This document shows positions 62,855 through 64,000 of a stretch of 64,000 nt of DNA, one piece after another. The translations under genes and the position numbers were made by a program. The DNA lies in contig CM121343.1 in the NCBI GenBank assembly GCA_051530055.1, positions 7,628,044-7,692,043 of the forward strand, written 5' to 3'. The stretch is from Neoechinorhynchus agilis (Eukaryota; Animalia; Acanthocephala). The notes under the pieces were generated by a model. The model was not told the origin of the DNA. It saw only the letters and a list, made by a program, of their open reading frames with translations, and ran no database searches. Position 1 is the first letter of the stretch; each line of letters starts with the position of its first letter.

Positions 62855-64000
62855 ATGAATGAGCTCGCTTTGTCGCTGTTTCACGCTCAATCTGAGCGGG
62901 TAGATCAATTAAAGAAAATGGTCGATTCAAAAGTAAAGTGCATATGGGTCCACGGCGATCCAGGAGTCGGAAAAAGCATAATTGTGGACCGCGTAGTTCA
63001 AACCTTAATGAAGTATACGTCTATTTACGTCGATGCAGTTCAATTTCTGGGATCATCTGATCGTTCGATTTTTGGATTTCTCAGTCGGAAAGTACTGAAT
63101 AAGTGCAAGAGGCCGAAATCATGTTCCCTCTCAAGCCTATACACAGCCCTTGAAACCAAAAAGGACATAAAATTCATCTTGATCGTTGAAAATGCTGATC
63201 GATTATCGTTAAGTGCTCTCTCAGTGCTCTCAGATTTACACAATTCGATAGATTATCCACTTTCAATCTAATGTGGTTGGAAATGAATAATAGAAATGCA
63301 CGGAATTTGAGGCGTACTATTTTTGTGTCAAGATTGCACCCGCAATCTATACTCACAAATGAAATCGATGCCGTATCGCGTCTCAACAACATCCTTCATG
63401 TTCCAACACTTTCACTAAAGAAGTTAACAAGCATAATGAATGAAACCGGATCTCAAGGTGAAGAACGTGACAATTTTGTGGCCGTAATTTCCAACATTTT
63501 TTATCCAATCACAGTAAACTTGTTTGCCGTTCATCGTTCACTCGTTGCTATGCTATCGAATGATGCTGCGATCAATTGTGACTGGAATGCTTTGCGCTTT
63601 AAGCTAAAATCACTTCTAGTCGCCAAGGCAAACCGAACATTCAACCTGGAGGATATCCATGAAGCCGCCTATAGATATAACATTTCTTGCTGCTCGAAAT
63701 GCCTGTTAATATCCGCATTCATTGCGTCCCACAATCCCGCAAAAACGGATGCACAGACCTTTGGAAAGTTGCGCCAACCTAACAGCTACACTTTGACTGG
63801 GAAAAGGAGACGTATACGGTACGCCGCATTGGAGTCCAAGCCTCTAAGTAAATGCTCCAAATCAATCGTAACCCTTAATCGCCTTATGAGCATATTTTAC
63901 TCACTCTTAAAATTTTCAAGCGATGAAAATACGCCATGGCCACAACTGCTCGCATCAATCCGCACATTGTGCACATTGAAGCTGATTGAGCAACTGGATG
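62855..64000 (+). CDS. ORC5: Origin recognition complex subunit 5, 2 exons seen; runs off the window end
   Basis: Walker A HGDPGVGKS, LIVENADRL; a second frame open from 63294 to the window end gives KCLLISAFIASHNPAKTD (ORC5_C). Confidence 0.85.
63247..63293 (+). other. Non-canonical hairpin intron candidate (ORC5, 41-47 nt)
   Basis: 17-bp imperfect stem 63252-63268/63275-63291; no GT donor in the required phase near the junction. Confidence 0.65.

Noticed and set aside
29797-63293. Single rule that the acceptor is AG plus one base (AGA)
   Set aside because: Fits TRMT11 but hits a TGA in STRAD and would add three residues to AP2S1

Overview
Compact animal-type eukaryotic genomic DNA read with the standard genetic code. 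Most introns are short (about 40-100 nt), housekeeping genes are tightly packed, and decayed retroelements lie between them. Recognisable genes are ILRUN/C6orf106, SPTSSA-like, a neprilysin/ECE M13 peptidase, alpha-SNAP, PPT1, cyclin Y, GrpE, STRAD pseudokinase, AP2S1, SAP30BP, TRMT11 and ORC5, plus several unassigned multi-exon genes. Mobile and repetitive DNA comprises Ty3/gypsy, RTE, CR1/L2-like, CRE-like and Penelope-like elements, two approx. 300-bp satellite arrays and an 18-bp minisatellite. Main discovery: five conserved genes (AP2S1, TRMT11, STRAD, ORC5, PPT1) each carry one interruption for which I could find no GT-AG or GC-AG splice that restores the conserved protein. All five have inverted repeats at or near both ends, which suggests a class of hairpin-bounded non-canonical introns, possibly MITE-derived, coexisting with ordinary GT-AG introns. 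Second, same-strand genes only 45-52 nt apart, with a splice acceptor directly before the downstream ATG, point to operons resolved by SL trans-splicing. All gene models were built by eye from translation and recalled homology. The exact non-canonical splice junctions cannot be fixed without transcripts, and the organism is not identified.
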